64,000 nt of DNA. Origin: Thermoanaerobaculia bacterium. GTDB taxonomy: Bacteria > Acidobacteriota > Thermoanaerobaculia > UBA5066. Both the position numbers and the translations under genes were made by a program. Below, in pieces: positions 49,712 to 59,424 of the stretch. How positions within the stretch are numbered: position 1 is the first letter of the stretch; each line of letters begins with the position of its first letter. The DNA lies in NCBI GenBank assembly GCA_038245905.1, contig JBBRRY010000009.1:26729-90728 (forward strand), in the 5' to 3' direction. The notes beneath the pieces are model-generated. The model saw only the letters and a list, made by a program, of their open reading frames with translations, had not been told where the DNA came from and searched no databases.

Positions 49712-50917
49712 TCAGTCTTTCTTCGTGCGGATTTTCTGCTCGGCGCGCCAGGCGTGTCCGGCAGACGCGGCGTCCGCGACGATCTCCTCGCCGCCCGAAA
49801 GGCCCGACGTCACCGTCACCTGCGCGCCCACGGCGGGTCCGAACGCGAGCGGTTTGAACGTGGCCTTTTCGTTTGCGACGAGGAGGACGCCCTTCACCCC
49901 GTCGATCTCGACGACGGAAGGCCCGGGCACCATGACTTTCGCCTTCGCGGTCTCGTCGACCTTCGCCTGCGGATTCAGGAAGACGACGCGGCACGACATT
50001 TCGGGGAGGACCTTCGCGTCCCTGCCCTGGATCTCGATCTTGACCTTGACCGAGCCCTTCTGGCGGTCGGCCGTCGGCACGATCTGGCGGAGACGCGCCT
50101 TGTAGGGCTTGTCCGGATACGCGTCGAGAGCGACTTCGGCGGGTTGTCCGAGAACCAGCTTGCCCACGTTCTGCTCGTTGATGTCGGCTTCCATCTCCAA
50201 CGAGGAGAGGTCGACGATGACGGCGAACGTAGCGCCCGCCGATCCTGCTCCCCCGAAGCCCTGCGGTGCGACGGTCTCGCCGAGGAACGCCTTCTTGACC
50301 GTGACGACGCCGTCGATCGGCGCGCGGATCTCGGCGTTCTTGATCTGCTCCTCGTAGTAGCGCGCCTGGGCCTCGAAAGACGAGACCTGCGCTTCGAAAG
50401 CCTTCACCTGCGAGTCCGCCGTGTCGAACGCCTGTTCGGTTCCGATCTTCTCGTCGAGCATCTGGCGGGCGCGCTTGCGATCGCGGCGGGCGTTCTGAAG
50501 CTGGGCGAGCGTCTGGTCCCGCTGCGCCAGTGAGGAGCGCTTCTGCGCGTCCAGCTCCTGCGCCTCGAGCCGCGCGACGAGCTCGCCCTTTTTCACCCGT
50601 TGGCCTTCCTCGAGGTTGATCCAGGCGATGCGGCCGACGGATTTTGGGGAGATCTCGGCCTTCGAACGCGCGACGATATAGCCGGACGCCGTGAGGACGG
50701 TCGAGGCCTGCGTCGGCGTCACGACGGACGCGCGAGTCGTCGTGACCTCCGGGGGCCGGAGCGCCACGCCGCCACGCGACTTGACGACGAACGCGATGGC
50801 CACGAGCCCGACGCACAGGGTCGCGAGTGCGGGGTAGAGGAAACGCCGCCCTCCGGGCCCGCTCTCACGTTCGATACGGAGGGCGGACAGGTCGGCGGAT
50901 TTGTTTAGGGGTTCCAT
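49712..50917 (-). CDS. Efflux periplasmic adaptor subunit (MacA-like)
   Basis: N-terminal TM, ASGY, VKKGELVARL, IRAPIDGVV, PTADRQK. Confidence 0.9.
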   Translation of the reverse strand: MEPLNKSADLSALRIERESGPGGRRFLYPALATLCVGLVAIAFVVKSRGGVALRPPEVTTTRASVVTPTQASTVLTASGYIVARSKAEISPKSVGRIAWINLEEGQRVKKGELVARLEAQELDAQKRSSLAQRDQTLAQLQNARRDRKRARQMLDEKIGTEQAFDTADSQVKAFEAQVSSFEAQARYYEEQIKNAEIRAPIDGVVTVKKAFLGETVAPQGFGGAGSAGATFAVIVDLSSLEMEADINEQNVGKLVLGQPAEVALDAYPDKPYKARLRQIVPTADRQKGSVKVKIEIQGRDAKVLPEMSCRVVFLNPQAKVDETAKAKVMVPGPSVVEIDGVKGVLLVANEKATFKPLAFGPAVGAQVTVTSGLSGGEEIVADAASAGHAWRAEQKIRTKKD

Positions 50918-50959
50918 GGAGGCGACACTTTACCGAATCCCTCTACGAGCGGTGTGACG

Positions 50960-52414
50960 TCACGGTTTTCGCGAGAGTTCGGCGGCCACGGCCTCCCGGA
51001 AGACCTGGAGAAACGTCTGGAGGTGGCGGCGTTCCGTGCGGACGTTGCCGATGGCGACGCGGAGGGTATAGCGGCCGGAGACGATCGCATGCGAGATGAA
51101 GGCGCGGCCGTCTTCGTTGATCCGCGTGAGGATCCGCGCGTTCGCCGCATCGGACTCCGCGGGCGACATTTCCCCCGATGCCCAGCGGAAGGCGACCACC
51201 GAGAACGGGGTGGGCGCCGCGATCGTGACGCCGGGCTCGCGCTCGAGGACGCCGCGAAGCGCCCGCGCGAGGACGAGGTGGGCGCGCAGGCGGGCCCTCA
51301 CGCCCGAGGCGCCGAAGGCGCGGAGCGTCATCCACATCTTGAGGGCGCGGAACCTGCGGCCGAGCTGGATGCCGTAGTCCATGTATTCGCGCACCGTCTG
51401 TCCCTCGGGCGTCTCGAGATAGCTCGGCACGACAGAGAAGGCGCGCCGCACGCGTTCCATCCGGCGGAAGAACAGCCCGGTGCATTCGAGCGGTACGAGC
51501 ATCCACTTGTGCGGGTTGAAGAGGACCGAATCCGCGCGCTCCCACCCCGCGAACAGGGAGCGCATCTCCGGCAGCGCGGCGGCCGAGCCCGCGTAGGCCG
51601 CGTCCACGTGAAGCCAGACGTTTTCGCGTTCGCAGATTTCGACGAGCGCGAGAAGCGGATCGACCGACGTCACGGTGGTCGTGCCGGCCGTCGCGACGAC
51701 GGCCACGGGAACGCGCCCCGCCGCCCGATCCTTCGCGATCTCGATCTCGAGAGCCGCTGCATCCAACCGGAATTCGGCGTCAACGGGAATTCTCCGGAGG
51801 CCGGCGGTGCCGAAGCCGAGGACCACGCACGCCTTGTCGATCGAGGAATGGGCCAGCTCCGAGCAATAGACGACGCCCGCGGGCCGGCCCGCGAGGCCCG
51901 TCTTGCGGACGTCCGGATACGCCTCCTCGCGGGCCGCCGTGAGCGCGATCAGAGACGCCGTCGAGGCCGTGTCGGCAAGCTGGCCGTCGAAGCCCTCGGG
52001 CCCCCACGGCAGCCCGACGAGGTCGAGCAGCCACCGGACGACGACCTGCTCGAGCTCCGTGAGGACGGGAGACGTGCGCCAGAGGATGCCGACCTGGTTG
52101 TACCCCGCCGCCAGGAAGTCCCCCACGATCCCCGGAGCCGTGCCCGTGTTCGCAAAGTAGGCGAGGTAGCCCGGATGCTGCCAGTGCGTGAGGTTTGGTT
52201 CGACGAGCCGGTCCAGGTCCCGCTCGATGGCCTCCCACGACTCGGGATCCTCGGGCGCGCGGCGGGGCAGCTGCGCGAGGACCTCGCCCGGCTTCGTCCG
52301 CGCGAGGACGGGCCGCTTCTCGAGCGTCTCGAAGTACTTCGCGAGCCGCTCGACGGCGGCGTGCCCCATCTCGCGGAACGTGTCGGGCGGGAAGTCGCCG
52401 AGGGGCTCGTCCAT
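50960..52414 (-). CDS. Group II PLP-dependent decarboxylase (aromatic L-amino acid decarboxylase-like)
   Basis: THWQHPGYLAYF, AHSSIDKA, WLHVDAAYAG, FNPHKW, GRRFRALK. Start ATG 52414. Confidence 0.92.
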   Translation of the reverse strand: MDEPLGDFPPDTFREMGHAAVERLAKYFETLEKRPVLARTKPGEVLAQLPRRAPEDPESWEAIERDLDRLVEPNLTHWQHPGYLAYFANTGTAPGIVGDFLAAGYNQVGILWRTSPVLTELEQVVVRWLLDLVGLPWGPEGFDGQLADTASTASLIALTAAREEAYPDVRKTGLAGRPAGVVYCSELAHSSIDKACVVLGFGTAGLRRIPVDAEFRLDAAALEIEIAKDRAAGRVPVAVVATAGTTTVTSVDPLLALVEICERENVWLHVDAAYAGSAAALPEMRSLFAGWERADSVLFNPHKWMLVPLECTGLFFRRMERVRRAFSVVPSYLETPEGQTVREYMDYGIQLGRRFRALKMWMTLRAFGASGVRARLRAHLVLARALRGVLEREPGVTIAAPTPFSVVAFRWASGEMSPAESDAANARILTRINEDGRAFISHAIVSGRYTLRVAIGNVRTERRHLQTFLQVFREAVAAELSRKP

Positions 52415-52446
52415 GGGGACGAAGTCTACGGGATCGACGGGGCGTG

Positions 52447-52764
52447 TCAGCCCTTCGACTTCGGCTTTCCGGGCTTGTCCACACGCAGCTCGGCGGGGAT
52501 TTGAAGAGGTCCCGTCTGCCGGAGGTCTTCCTTGATGATGAGGTCGAGGAACATCTCGCGCACGCCGTCCTGACCGCGATCCTTGAAAACGGCGCGCACC
52601 TGCTTTGGCTTCAGCTCGACGCCGGTCATCGCCTTGAGGTACTGGCAGAACACGATGGCGCGGGACCGGAACGAGATGACGAGAATGAAGAGCAAGACGC
52701 CGGCGAACGCGAGCAGCGACATGCCCGTAACGCTCTGAACCTCGAAGAGGGACGAGGGATTCAT
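52447..52764 (-). CDS. Small membrane-anchored hypothetical protein
   Basis: One TM helix (LLAFAGVLLFILVIS), host-like codon usage. Confidence 0.72.
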   Translation of the reverse strand: MNPSSLFEVQSVTGMSLLAFAGVLLFILVISFRSRAIVFCQYLKAMTGVELKPKQVRAVFKDRGQDGVREMFLDLIIKEDLRQTGPLQIPAELRVDKPGKPKSKG

Positions 52765-52939
52765 GCGCGTTCTCGCCCGAATCGGCTGTCAGGACGCATC
52801 GCGGACTCCTTTTTCGAGAGGTCGATGATAGCGCGTCCGCGAGCGCGTCGACCGGACGCCTGGCCGCGCGAGCGACACTATCGGCGTTCGACCTTTTCCT
52901 CATGCCCTCCCGTTCCTCCCCCGCATAATCCCTTCCCGC

Positions 52940-53584
52940 ATGACCCTCATCGAAGACACCCCGCCCGCCCGGCTGCCGCGACCGCTCGATCCGGTTGAGA
53001 TTCGGGTCCTCGGAGCGCTCCTCGAGAAGCAGCAGGCGACGCCGGAGTACTACCCGCTCACTCTCCACGCGCTCGTCGCCGCCTGCAACCAGAAGTCGAA
53101 CCGCGATCCCGTCATGGAGCTCTCGGCGGCCGACGTCGAGGCCGCGCTCGATCGCCTGCGCGAACAGGTCTTCGTCTGGAAGACCGGTTTTTCGCGGGCC
53201 GAGAAGTGGGAGCAGAATGTGGACAGACGGTGGCAGCTCGACGCGCCCGCGAAGGCGGTCATGACACTCCTCCTCCTGCGAGGCGAGCAGACGCCGGGTG
53301 AGCTGCGGGGACGCAGCGACCGCCTGCACCCGTTCGCGACGACGGGCGAGGTCGAATCCGCCCTCCAGAAGCTGGCCGCAGGACTCGAGCCGCTCGTGGC
53401 CGAGCTGCCGAGGAGGCCGGGCCAGAAGGAGACGCGTTGGACGCATCTCGTGGCCGGGCCCGTCGAGGGGGCTCGACCGCCTTCGGCGCCCGACACGCTC
53501 GCGTCGCGCATCGCCGCGCTCGAGGAGCGGCTGGCCGCGATTTCGGGCGAGCTTTCGGACCTGAAGAGGACGCTCGGAGTCTGA
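52940..53584 (+). CDS. YceH / DUF480 family protein
   Basis: RVLGALLEK..TPEYYPLT...ACNQKSNRDPVM, LLLRGEQTPGELR, ETRW.HL. Confidence 0.92.
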   Translation: MTLIEDTPPARLPRPLDPVEIRVLGALLEKQQATPEYYPLTLHALVAACNQKSNRDPVMELSAADVEAALDRLREQVFVWKTGFSRAEKWEQNVDRRWQLDAPAKAVMTLLLLRGEQTPGELRGRSDRLHPFATTGEVESALQKLAAGLEPLVAELPRRPGQKETRWTHLVAGPVEGARPPSAPDTLASRIAALEERLAAISGELSDLKRTLGV

Positions 53585-53610
53585 CAAGATCCCGCCCTGC
53601 CGGAGGACAG

Positions 53611-55608
53611 ATGGACGCACCCGAATCGAAGTCGCTGCCCGAGAACGCCTACGAGCCGCTCGAGCCGGGCGAGACGTACGCACCTGTCGTCCCCTCCACC
53701 GAGGCGCCGCCCGAGATCACATGGCGCTCGGTCGCGTGGGGCCTCTTCTTCTGCGTCGTCTTCACGGTCGCGTCTGCGTACTCGGGCCTCAAAGTCGGGC
53801 AGGTCATGGAGGCCGCGATCCCGATCTCGATCCTCGCGATCGGCCTCGCGCGCGTCTACACGCGCCGCTCGCACCTTCTCGAGAACGTGATCGTCACGAC
53901 GATCGGCGGCGTCGCGGGCGGAATCGTCGCGGGCGCGATCTTCACGCTCCCCGCGCTCTACACGCTCAAGCTCAACCCGCACCCGGCCCAGACGATCTTC
54001 ATCTGCCTCGCGGGCGGGTGCCTCGGGATCCTCTTCATCATCCCGCTCCGCCGCTACTTCGTGCGCGAGATGCACGGGAAGTTCCCGTTCCCGGAAGCCA
54101 CCGCGATCACGGAAGTCCTCGTGACGGGCGAGAAGGGCGGCGCGCAGGCGAAGCTGCTCCTGCAGGCGACGGTCATCTCGGGTGTCTACGACTTCTTCGT
54201 GACGACGTTCCACGTCTGGAAGGAGTACGTCGACTTCCAGTTTCTGCCGGTCATGAAGGACGCCGCCGAGAAGGCGAAGGTCGTCGTGAAGTTCGACGCG
54301 ATCGCTTTCATCCTCGGCCTCGGCTACGTCATGGGGCTGCGCTCGTCGCTCATTCTCTGCGCGGGCGGCGTCGTCGCGAACTTCGTCCTCGTGCCCCTCA
54401 TCTGGATGGTCGGGCGGCACCTGCCGGACGCCGTGTACCCCGCCATCAAGCCGATCGCGCAGATGACCGCCGAACAGATCTACAGGGGCTACGTCCGGTA
54501 CGTGGGCGTTGGTGCGATCGCGACGGCCGGAATCTTCGGGATCCTGAAGTCGCTGAAGATCGTCGCGGGCTCGTTCTCGATTGCCGCGAAGGCGTTCCGG
54601 AGCGGCGGGAGCGCAGCGGGCGAGCGGACGGATCGGGATATCCCGCTGATGGCGATCCTCCTCGGGACGATCGTCTCGGCCGTGGCCGTCGGAGTGTTTT
54701 TCGGCTCTCTCGGCTCGACGCTCGCGGCGGCCCTGATCGCCCTCGCCCTCGCGCTCGTCTTCTCCTTCTTCTTCGCCTCGGTCGCCGCGAACGCGATCGC
54801 GACGACGGCCCGCAACCCCGTCTCGGGGATGACGATGCTCACGATCATCGTGTCGTCCGTCATCCTCCTGCGCTTCGGCGTCTCGGGCACGACGGGCATG
54901 TTCTTCGTGATGGCGCTTGCCGGCATGGTCTGCACGGCCCTCTCCGTGTCCGGGCAGATGATCACGGACCTCAAGACGGGCTACTGGCTCGGCTCGACGC
55001 CCGCCGCGCAGGAGCGCGTGAAATTCTGGGGAGTCCTCGCATCCGCGATCGCGGTGGGCATCACGATCGTCCTCCTCGCGAAGGTCTACCAGTTCGGCGA
55101 GGCGGCGCCGGGTGATTTGCGCGAGGTCCTCGCGGCGCCGCAGGCCTCGATCATGAAGGCCATCGTCGAGACGTTCATGAACCGCCAGCCGATCGCGTGG
55201 TTCCTGTTCGGGACGGGCGCCGCGATCGCGGTCGTCATGGAGATGCTGCGCGTGCCGGCCCTGATCTTCGCGCTCGGGATGTACCTGCCCCTCGAGCTGA
55301 ACACGCCCGCGCTCGTGGGCGGGATGATCTCGCACTTCGTGATCCGGAAGTCCGAGAGGGCCGGCGGCGCCACCGGACGCACGATGCGTGAGCGGGCCGT
55401 GATCATCGCGTCCGGGCTCATGGCGGGCGGCGCACTCGGCGGCGTCCTCGGCGCATCCTTCAGACTCTTCTCCTGGTACGGCGAGGACAACGTGCGGACG
55501 CCGTTCTACGGGAACGAGGCCGTCTCGCAGACGGTTTCGATCCTGTTCTTCGTCGGTCTCTGCCTCTACCTCTGGATCGACTCGACCCGAAAGGTCCGGG
55601 AGAACTGA
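53611..55608 (+). CDS. OPT-family oligopeptide transporter
   Basis: LPENAY, AYSGLKVGQVMEAAIPI, FPEATA, NPVSGMT, TDLKTG, APQASIM. RBS GGAGG before ATG 53611. Confidence 0.92.
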   Translation: MDAPESKSLPENAYEPLEPGETYAPVVPSTEAPPEITWRSVAWGLFFCVVFTVASAYSGLKVGQVMEAAIPISILAIGLARVYTRRSHLLENVIVTTIGGVAGGIVAGAIFTLPALYTLKLNPHPAQTIFICLAGGCLGILFIIPLRRYFVREMHGKFPFPEATAITEVLVTGEKGGAQAKLLLQATVISGVYDFFVTTFHVWKEYVDFQFLPVMKDAAEKAKVVVKFDAIAFILGLGYVMGLRSSLILCAGGVVANFVLVPLIWMVGRHLPDAVYPAIKPIAQMTAEQIYRGYVRYVGVGAIATAGIFGILKSLKIVAGSFSIAAKAFRSGGSAAGERTDRDIPLMAILLGTIVSAVAVGVFFGSLGSTLAAALIALALALVFSFFFASVAANAIATTARNPVSGMTMLTIIVSSVILLRFGVSGTTGMFFVMALAGMVCTALSVSGQMITDLKTGYWLGSTPAAQERVKFWGVLASAIAVGITIVLLAKVYQFGEAAPGDLREVLAAPQASIMKAIVETFMNRQPIAWFLFGTGAAIAVVMEMLRVPALIFALGMYLPLELNTPALVGGMISHFVIRKSERAGGATGRTMRERAVIIASGLMAGGALGGVLGASFRLFSWYGEDNVRTPFYGNEAVSQTVSILFFVGLCLYLWIDSTRKVREN

Positions 55609-55610
55609 AC

Positions 55611-56963
55611 ATGCCTCTCAGTGGACTCGACGCCGCGACCGCCGAAGCGCTCATCGGAATCGACACGCTCTGGGGCGGCGACGTCATGAACCCGTCCGGG
55701 ACGGGCCGCTTCATCGCGGACTGCTGGTTCTCGGATGAGCCGCTGCCGGACGCATACACGCACGCCTCCGCCGCTCCGCTCCGCGCGAATGGCGGGGTGG
55801 GCGCAAAGACGCCCGACAAGGCTTCGATCGAGGCTTACCTCGGGGCCGTGGACGTGAAGGGCGCGATCAAGCGCGTGATCGAGGGCGCCCGCAAGGCCGG
55901 CGGCCCGCGCGGCGCATACCTCGAGGGCCTCGGCCTGTGCAGCGAGGTCATGTGGGACCTCGGGATGGAGATCCTCGGCAAGGGGCCCGAGGTGCCATAC
56001 GAGCGCTGCGTCAAGACAATCACTGGCGCGCCGCCCGAGCCGTCGAAGCCGGAAGAGAAGCGCCGCCGCGTGGCGGACCTGCTCAAGCACGCGGGGCACG
56101 CCTCGAGCGATTCCGACTCGCTCCTCAAGGCCGTGGATGGATGGCGCGGCGAGCGCCTCGTCCCGGGCAAGTCGATCCCGGCGCTCGGCGACGCCTTCAT
56201 CGCCCACTACGACGCGCTTTCGGCGAAGAACCTCCTGCCGTACCTCCCGAAAGAGCTGCACCGCGTTCCGCGAGCAAACGTGAAGTTCCTCGCGATCGAG
56301 AACGCGTGGTTCTCGGGCTCGATGAACTACCTCGGCCACGCGCGGAAGGCCGACGGCTCGCCCGAGTACGAGGCGACGTACGAGCTGAACGCGTCGCTCC
56401 AGATCTCGGTGCCCGAGTTCCAGCAGCTCGTGAGCCACGAGGTCGTGCCGGGTCACGTCACGACGTTCGCGTACCTGCAGGACCTCTTCGTGCGCGGGCT
56501 CGTCGGATTCGAGGCGTCGGTCCTCACGATGAACACGCGCGCGGCGGTCCTCTTCGAGGGCATCGCGAACAACGGCGTCCTCGTCGCGCACGGCATCACG
56601 GCGCCGGAGCAGCTCCCCGACCGCGACCTCGAGCTCGGCCTCCTCCTCGCGCTCCTGCAGGACGACGCGAAGAACCACTCCTCGTACCTCACGTGGAAGG
56701 AGAAGCTGCCGCAGACGGACGTCGCCGAGACTCTGCGCCGCGAGTGCCTCGTGTCGAAAGAGCGCGCGGACAAGCTCTCGGGCGCGTGGGGACGGCATCC
56801 GCTGCTCGGGCGGATGTACCTTCCGGCTTACCGCGCGGGGACGGAGCTCGTCGCGCGGCTGCGGCGCGCGCACCCGCCCGAGAAAATCCTGCCCGCGATG
56901 TACGGCGTGAAGGGCCTCGTCGACTCCGCGACGCTGCCGGGGATGCTGGAGGGGGCGGCCTGA
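55611..56963 (+). CDS. Hypothetical zincin-like protein (DUF885-like)
   Basis: SHEVVPGH motif plus downstream FEGIA; 2 nt after the OPT stop. Confidence 0.65.
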   Translation: MPLSGLDAATAEALIGIDTLWGGDVMNPSGTGRFIADCWFSDEPLPDAYTHASAAPLRANGGVGAKTPDKASIEAYLGAVDVKGAIKRVIEGARKAGGPRGAYLEGLGLCSEVMWDLGMEILGKGPEVPYERCVKTITGAPPEPSKPEEKRRRVADLLKHAGHASSDSDSLLKAVDGWRGERLVPGKSIPALGDAFIAHYDALSAKNLLPYLPKELHRVPRANVKFLAIENAWFSGSMNYLGHARKADGSPEYEATYELNASLQISVPEFQQLVSHEVVPGHVTTFAYLQDLFVRGLVGFEASVLTMNTRAAVLFEGIANNGVLVAHGITAPEQLPDRDLELGLLLALLQDDAKNHSSYLTWKEKLPQTDVAETLRRECLVSKERADKLSGAWGRHPLLGRMYLPAYRAGTELVARLRRAHPPEKILPAMYGVKGLVDSATLPGMLEGAA

Positions 56964-56989
56964 CGGCCTTCCCGCGCCAGGATGGCGGG

Positions 56990-57307
56990 ATGCGGCTCGC
57001 TGGCGGCATCCTCCTCGGCGTCTTCCTCTCGGACGGCGCTCGCCGGATCGCACTCGCGCTCGACGCGAGGGCATGGATGGTCGCGGCCGCGTGCCTCGCG
57101 CTCGGCCTCGGCCTCGAGGTCACTTGGAGACGCCAGCTCCCGTTCTACGCCACGAAGGGCGGCGGCGAGGGAACGGGGACCTCCTACGGTAGCGCGCCCG
57201 TCTGGCTGCTCCCGATGGGCGTTCTCGCGGTCGCGCTCCTCGTGGTGGGCGGCTTCTACCTTCTAACCGTCGTCTTCTCGCTCGGAGCCACGCTTGCCGT
57301 CGGGTGA
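56990..57307 (+). CDS. Small membrane protein
   Basis: MRLAGGILLGVFL..., three hydrophobic segments; CAGGAT 6 nt before ATG. Confidence 0.55.
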   Translation: MRLAGGILLGVFLSDGARRIALALDARAWMVAAACLALGLGLEVTWRRQLPFYATKGGGEGTGTSYGSAPVWLLPMGVLAVALLVVGGFYLLTVVFSLGATLAVG

Positions 57308-57335
57308 TGCAAGAGCACCGCGTAGCGGCGCGCGG

Positions 57336-57692
57336 TCACGCCCGGGGGCGCCAGCGGAACTTCTCCAGCGCGATGACGCCCTTGCGGGTGAAGCTCACGC
57401 GCTCCCGCTTGAGGAGGAGGCGCTGGAGGACGTCCATCCCGGAGCCCGCGGAGCGCATGCTGATCCGCCCCTGCGCGTTGACGACGCGGTGCCACGGCAG
57501 CCGGCTTCCCTCGGGGAGAGCGCTCAGCGCGTAGCCGACGAGTCGCGCGTGGCCGGGAAGACCCGCCAGCCGCGCGACCTGCCCGTACGTCGCGACGCGC
57601 CCGGGGGGAATGCGCGCGACGACCGCGTGGATCCTCCCGTGCGTCGTTTCCGGGGCCGGCTCCCTCCCGGCGCGCGAGATGCGCGAGGTCAC
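57336..57692 (-). CDS. MGMT-family alkyltransferase-like protein (ATL/YbaZ type)
   Basis: IPPGRVATYGQVA, ARLVG, PWHRVVN (Trp in place of the catalytic Cys). Confidence 0.88.
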   Translation of the reverse strand: MTSRISRAGREPAPETTHGRIHAVVARIPPGRVATYGQVARLAGLPGHARLVGYALSALPEGSRLPWHRVVNAQGRISMRSAGSGMDVLQRLLLKRERVSFTRKGVIALEKFRWRPRA

Positions 57693-57861
57693 TTCCGCGC
57701 CGAATCCGTGCTCGTCAGCGACGGCAGGAGGACGATCCACGGCTGTTGCTTGCGCGCGGGGTCGGAGCACACCGCGAACGTCTTGCCGCCACGGACGACC
57801 GGGCTGGAGAGAGGAGGGACGCGGCGACGAGCAGGAGTGGCAGGGCGCCGAGGACGCGCAT
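57689..57861 (-). pseudogene. Frameshifted or internally deleted secreted-protein gene remnant
   Basis: Signal peptide in one frame. A coding-like C-terminus in another frame ends at the GTGA overlap with the ATL gene. 173 nt is not a multiple of 3. Confidence 0.5.
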
Positions 57862-57865
57862 CGCG

Positions 57866-59401
57866 CTACCTCGTTCTCCCGAACGTGTCGAGGGCGGCGA
57901 GATCTTCGCGCTCGAACGCAAGCTCGGCCTCGAGACCGATCCGGTCGCGTCCGATCGTGACAACCGCGAGTGTACGTTCGTTTTCTCGGTAAGCGAGCGT
58001 GGCGTCCTTCGCGGCGAGACTGCCGTGGACGTCAATCCTGTCCCACTTCTCGGCGTGACCGACGTAGGCGAGAAAAACGTCGTAGTGCGCGCTCCAGAAG
58101 AAGGGCACGTCGCGGAAAGCCCCGGGCTTTCCGAGGATGGAGCGCGCGGCGGCCGCCCCCATCCGTTCAGCCACGACCCAATGTTCGACGCGAAGGGTCC
58201 CGCCGAATCTCGAATCGGGCCAGCGCGCGACGTCCCCGGCCGCGAAGATGCCCTTCGTGCTCGTCTCGAGCCGCTCGTCGACGAGGATTCCCCGGTCCGT
58301 GCGGAGCCCTGCTTCTTCCGCGAGGCCGGTCGCGGGGCGGACTCCGATGCCGACGACGACGAGGTCGGCCGGAAGCTCCATGCCGCTCTTCAGGCGGACG
58401 GCGGTTGGCGAGATCGAGTCGAGGCGCTCCCCGAGGTGAAAGACGACGCCGTGCTCCTCGTGGAGGCGCATGAGGAACGCCCCGACTTCCGGCCCGAGGA
58501 CTTTCTGAAACGGAGGAGCCGGTGCGACGACGTCCACGGAGACTCCGAGCTTGCGGAGCGACGACGCCGCCTCGAGGCCGATGAACCCGGCCCCGACGAC
58601 GACCGCGCGCCTCGCCTTCGCGGCGTCCGCGATGATCGCCTTGCTGTCGGCGAGGGTCCTGAGCGTATGGACGTGCGGAAGATCCGACCCGGGGATGTCG
58701 AGCCTCACGACTTCGACGCCCGTCGCGAGGAGAAGCGCGTCCCAGGAAACGGCCGAGCCGTCCGCGAGATGGGCGCGCCGCCCCGTGACGTCGATTTCCA
58801 CGACCCGCGTTCCCGTCTGCACTTCGAGCCCGGCGGGCATTGCGAGCGGCATCCACTCCTCGGGCGCGTCTCCCGTGAGGTACTCCTTCGAGAGATTCGG
58901 GCGATCGACAGGCCCCGTTTCCTCCGCCCCGAGGAGCCGGACCGTTCCGCGAAATCCTTCCCTCAGAAGCGTGTCCGCCGCCGCGTAGGCCGCGGCGCCC
59001 GCGCCGACGATCACGACGGAGGCCAGTCCCTCCTCCGCAAGGGTCCGGGCCGCCGGCTCCGGCTTGCGCGGCCCGACCCTCACGCGCTCACCCACGACCT
59101 CCACCCGGTAACACGCGACCGGCGCGAAGGCGGGCGCGCGCACGGCTTCTCCTGTTGAGAGGTCGAAACACGCGTGGTGGAGCGGGCAGCGGAGCGTGCC
59201 GTCCGTGACGATGCCACCTGCGAGCGACGTCGAGTAGTGGGTACAGGTCGCGCCCACCGCGAAGAAATCTGCGCCGCTCCGGACGAGGACGATGGCCTCT
59301 CCCGCGGCGTGTCCGAGAAGCGGAACGCCCTCCCGGAGGTCCTCGCTCGGAACTCCTTTCCCGAAGTCTGGTCCCTGAAGCTCGCCTTCGTCGTGCGCCA
59401 A
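57866..59401 (-). CDS. Rieske [2Fe-2S] plus FAD-dependent reductase fusion
   Basis: CTHY...CPLHHACF, IVGAGAA, VVGAGFIGLE, AAGD, VPFFWS. TTG start at 59401 is approximate. Confidence 0.9.
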   Translation of the reverse strand: MAHDEGELQGPDFGKGVPSEDLREGVPLLGHAAGEAIVLVRSGADFFAVGATCTHYSTSLAGGIVTDGTLRCPLHHACFDLSTGEAVRAPAFAPVACYRVEVVGERVRVGPRKPEPAARTLAEEGLASVVIVGAGAAAYAAADTLLREGFRGTVRLLGAEETGPVDRPNLSKEYLTGDAPEEWMPLAMPAGLEVQTGTRVVEIDVTGRRAHLADGSAVSWDALLLATGVEVVRLDIPGSDLPHVHTLRTLADSKAIIADAAKARRAVVVGAGFIGLEAASSLRKLGVSVDVVAPAPPFQKVLGPEVGAFLMRLHEEHGVVFHLGERLDSISPTAVRLKSGMELPADLVVVGIGVRPATGLAEEAGLRTDRGILVDERLETSTKGIFAAGDVARWPDSRFGGTLRVEHWVVAERMGAAAARSILGKPGAFRDVPFFWSAHYDVFLAYVGHAEKWDRIDVHGSLAAKDATLAYRENERTLAVVTIGRDRIGLEAELAFEREDLAALDTFGRTR

Positions 59402-59424
59402 GACGAGAAATACTATCCGAAGGA

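Noticed and set aside
50960-53683. Apparent 907-aa decarboxylase
   Set aside because: The extension overlaps yceH (antisense) and the 52447-52764 gene. The real start is 52414.
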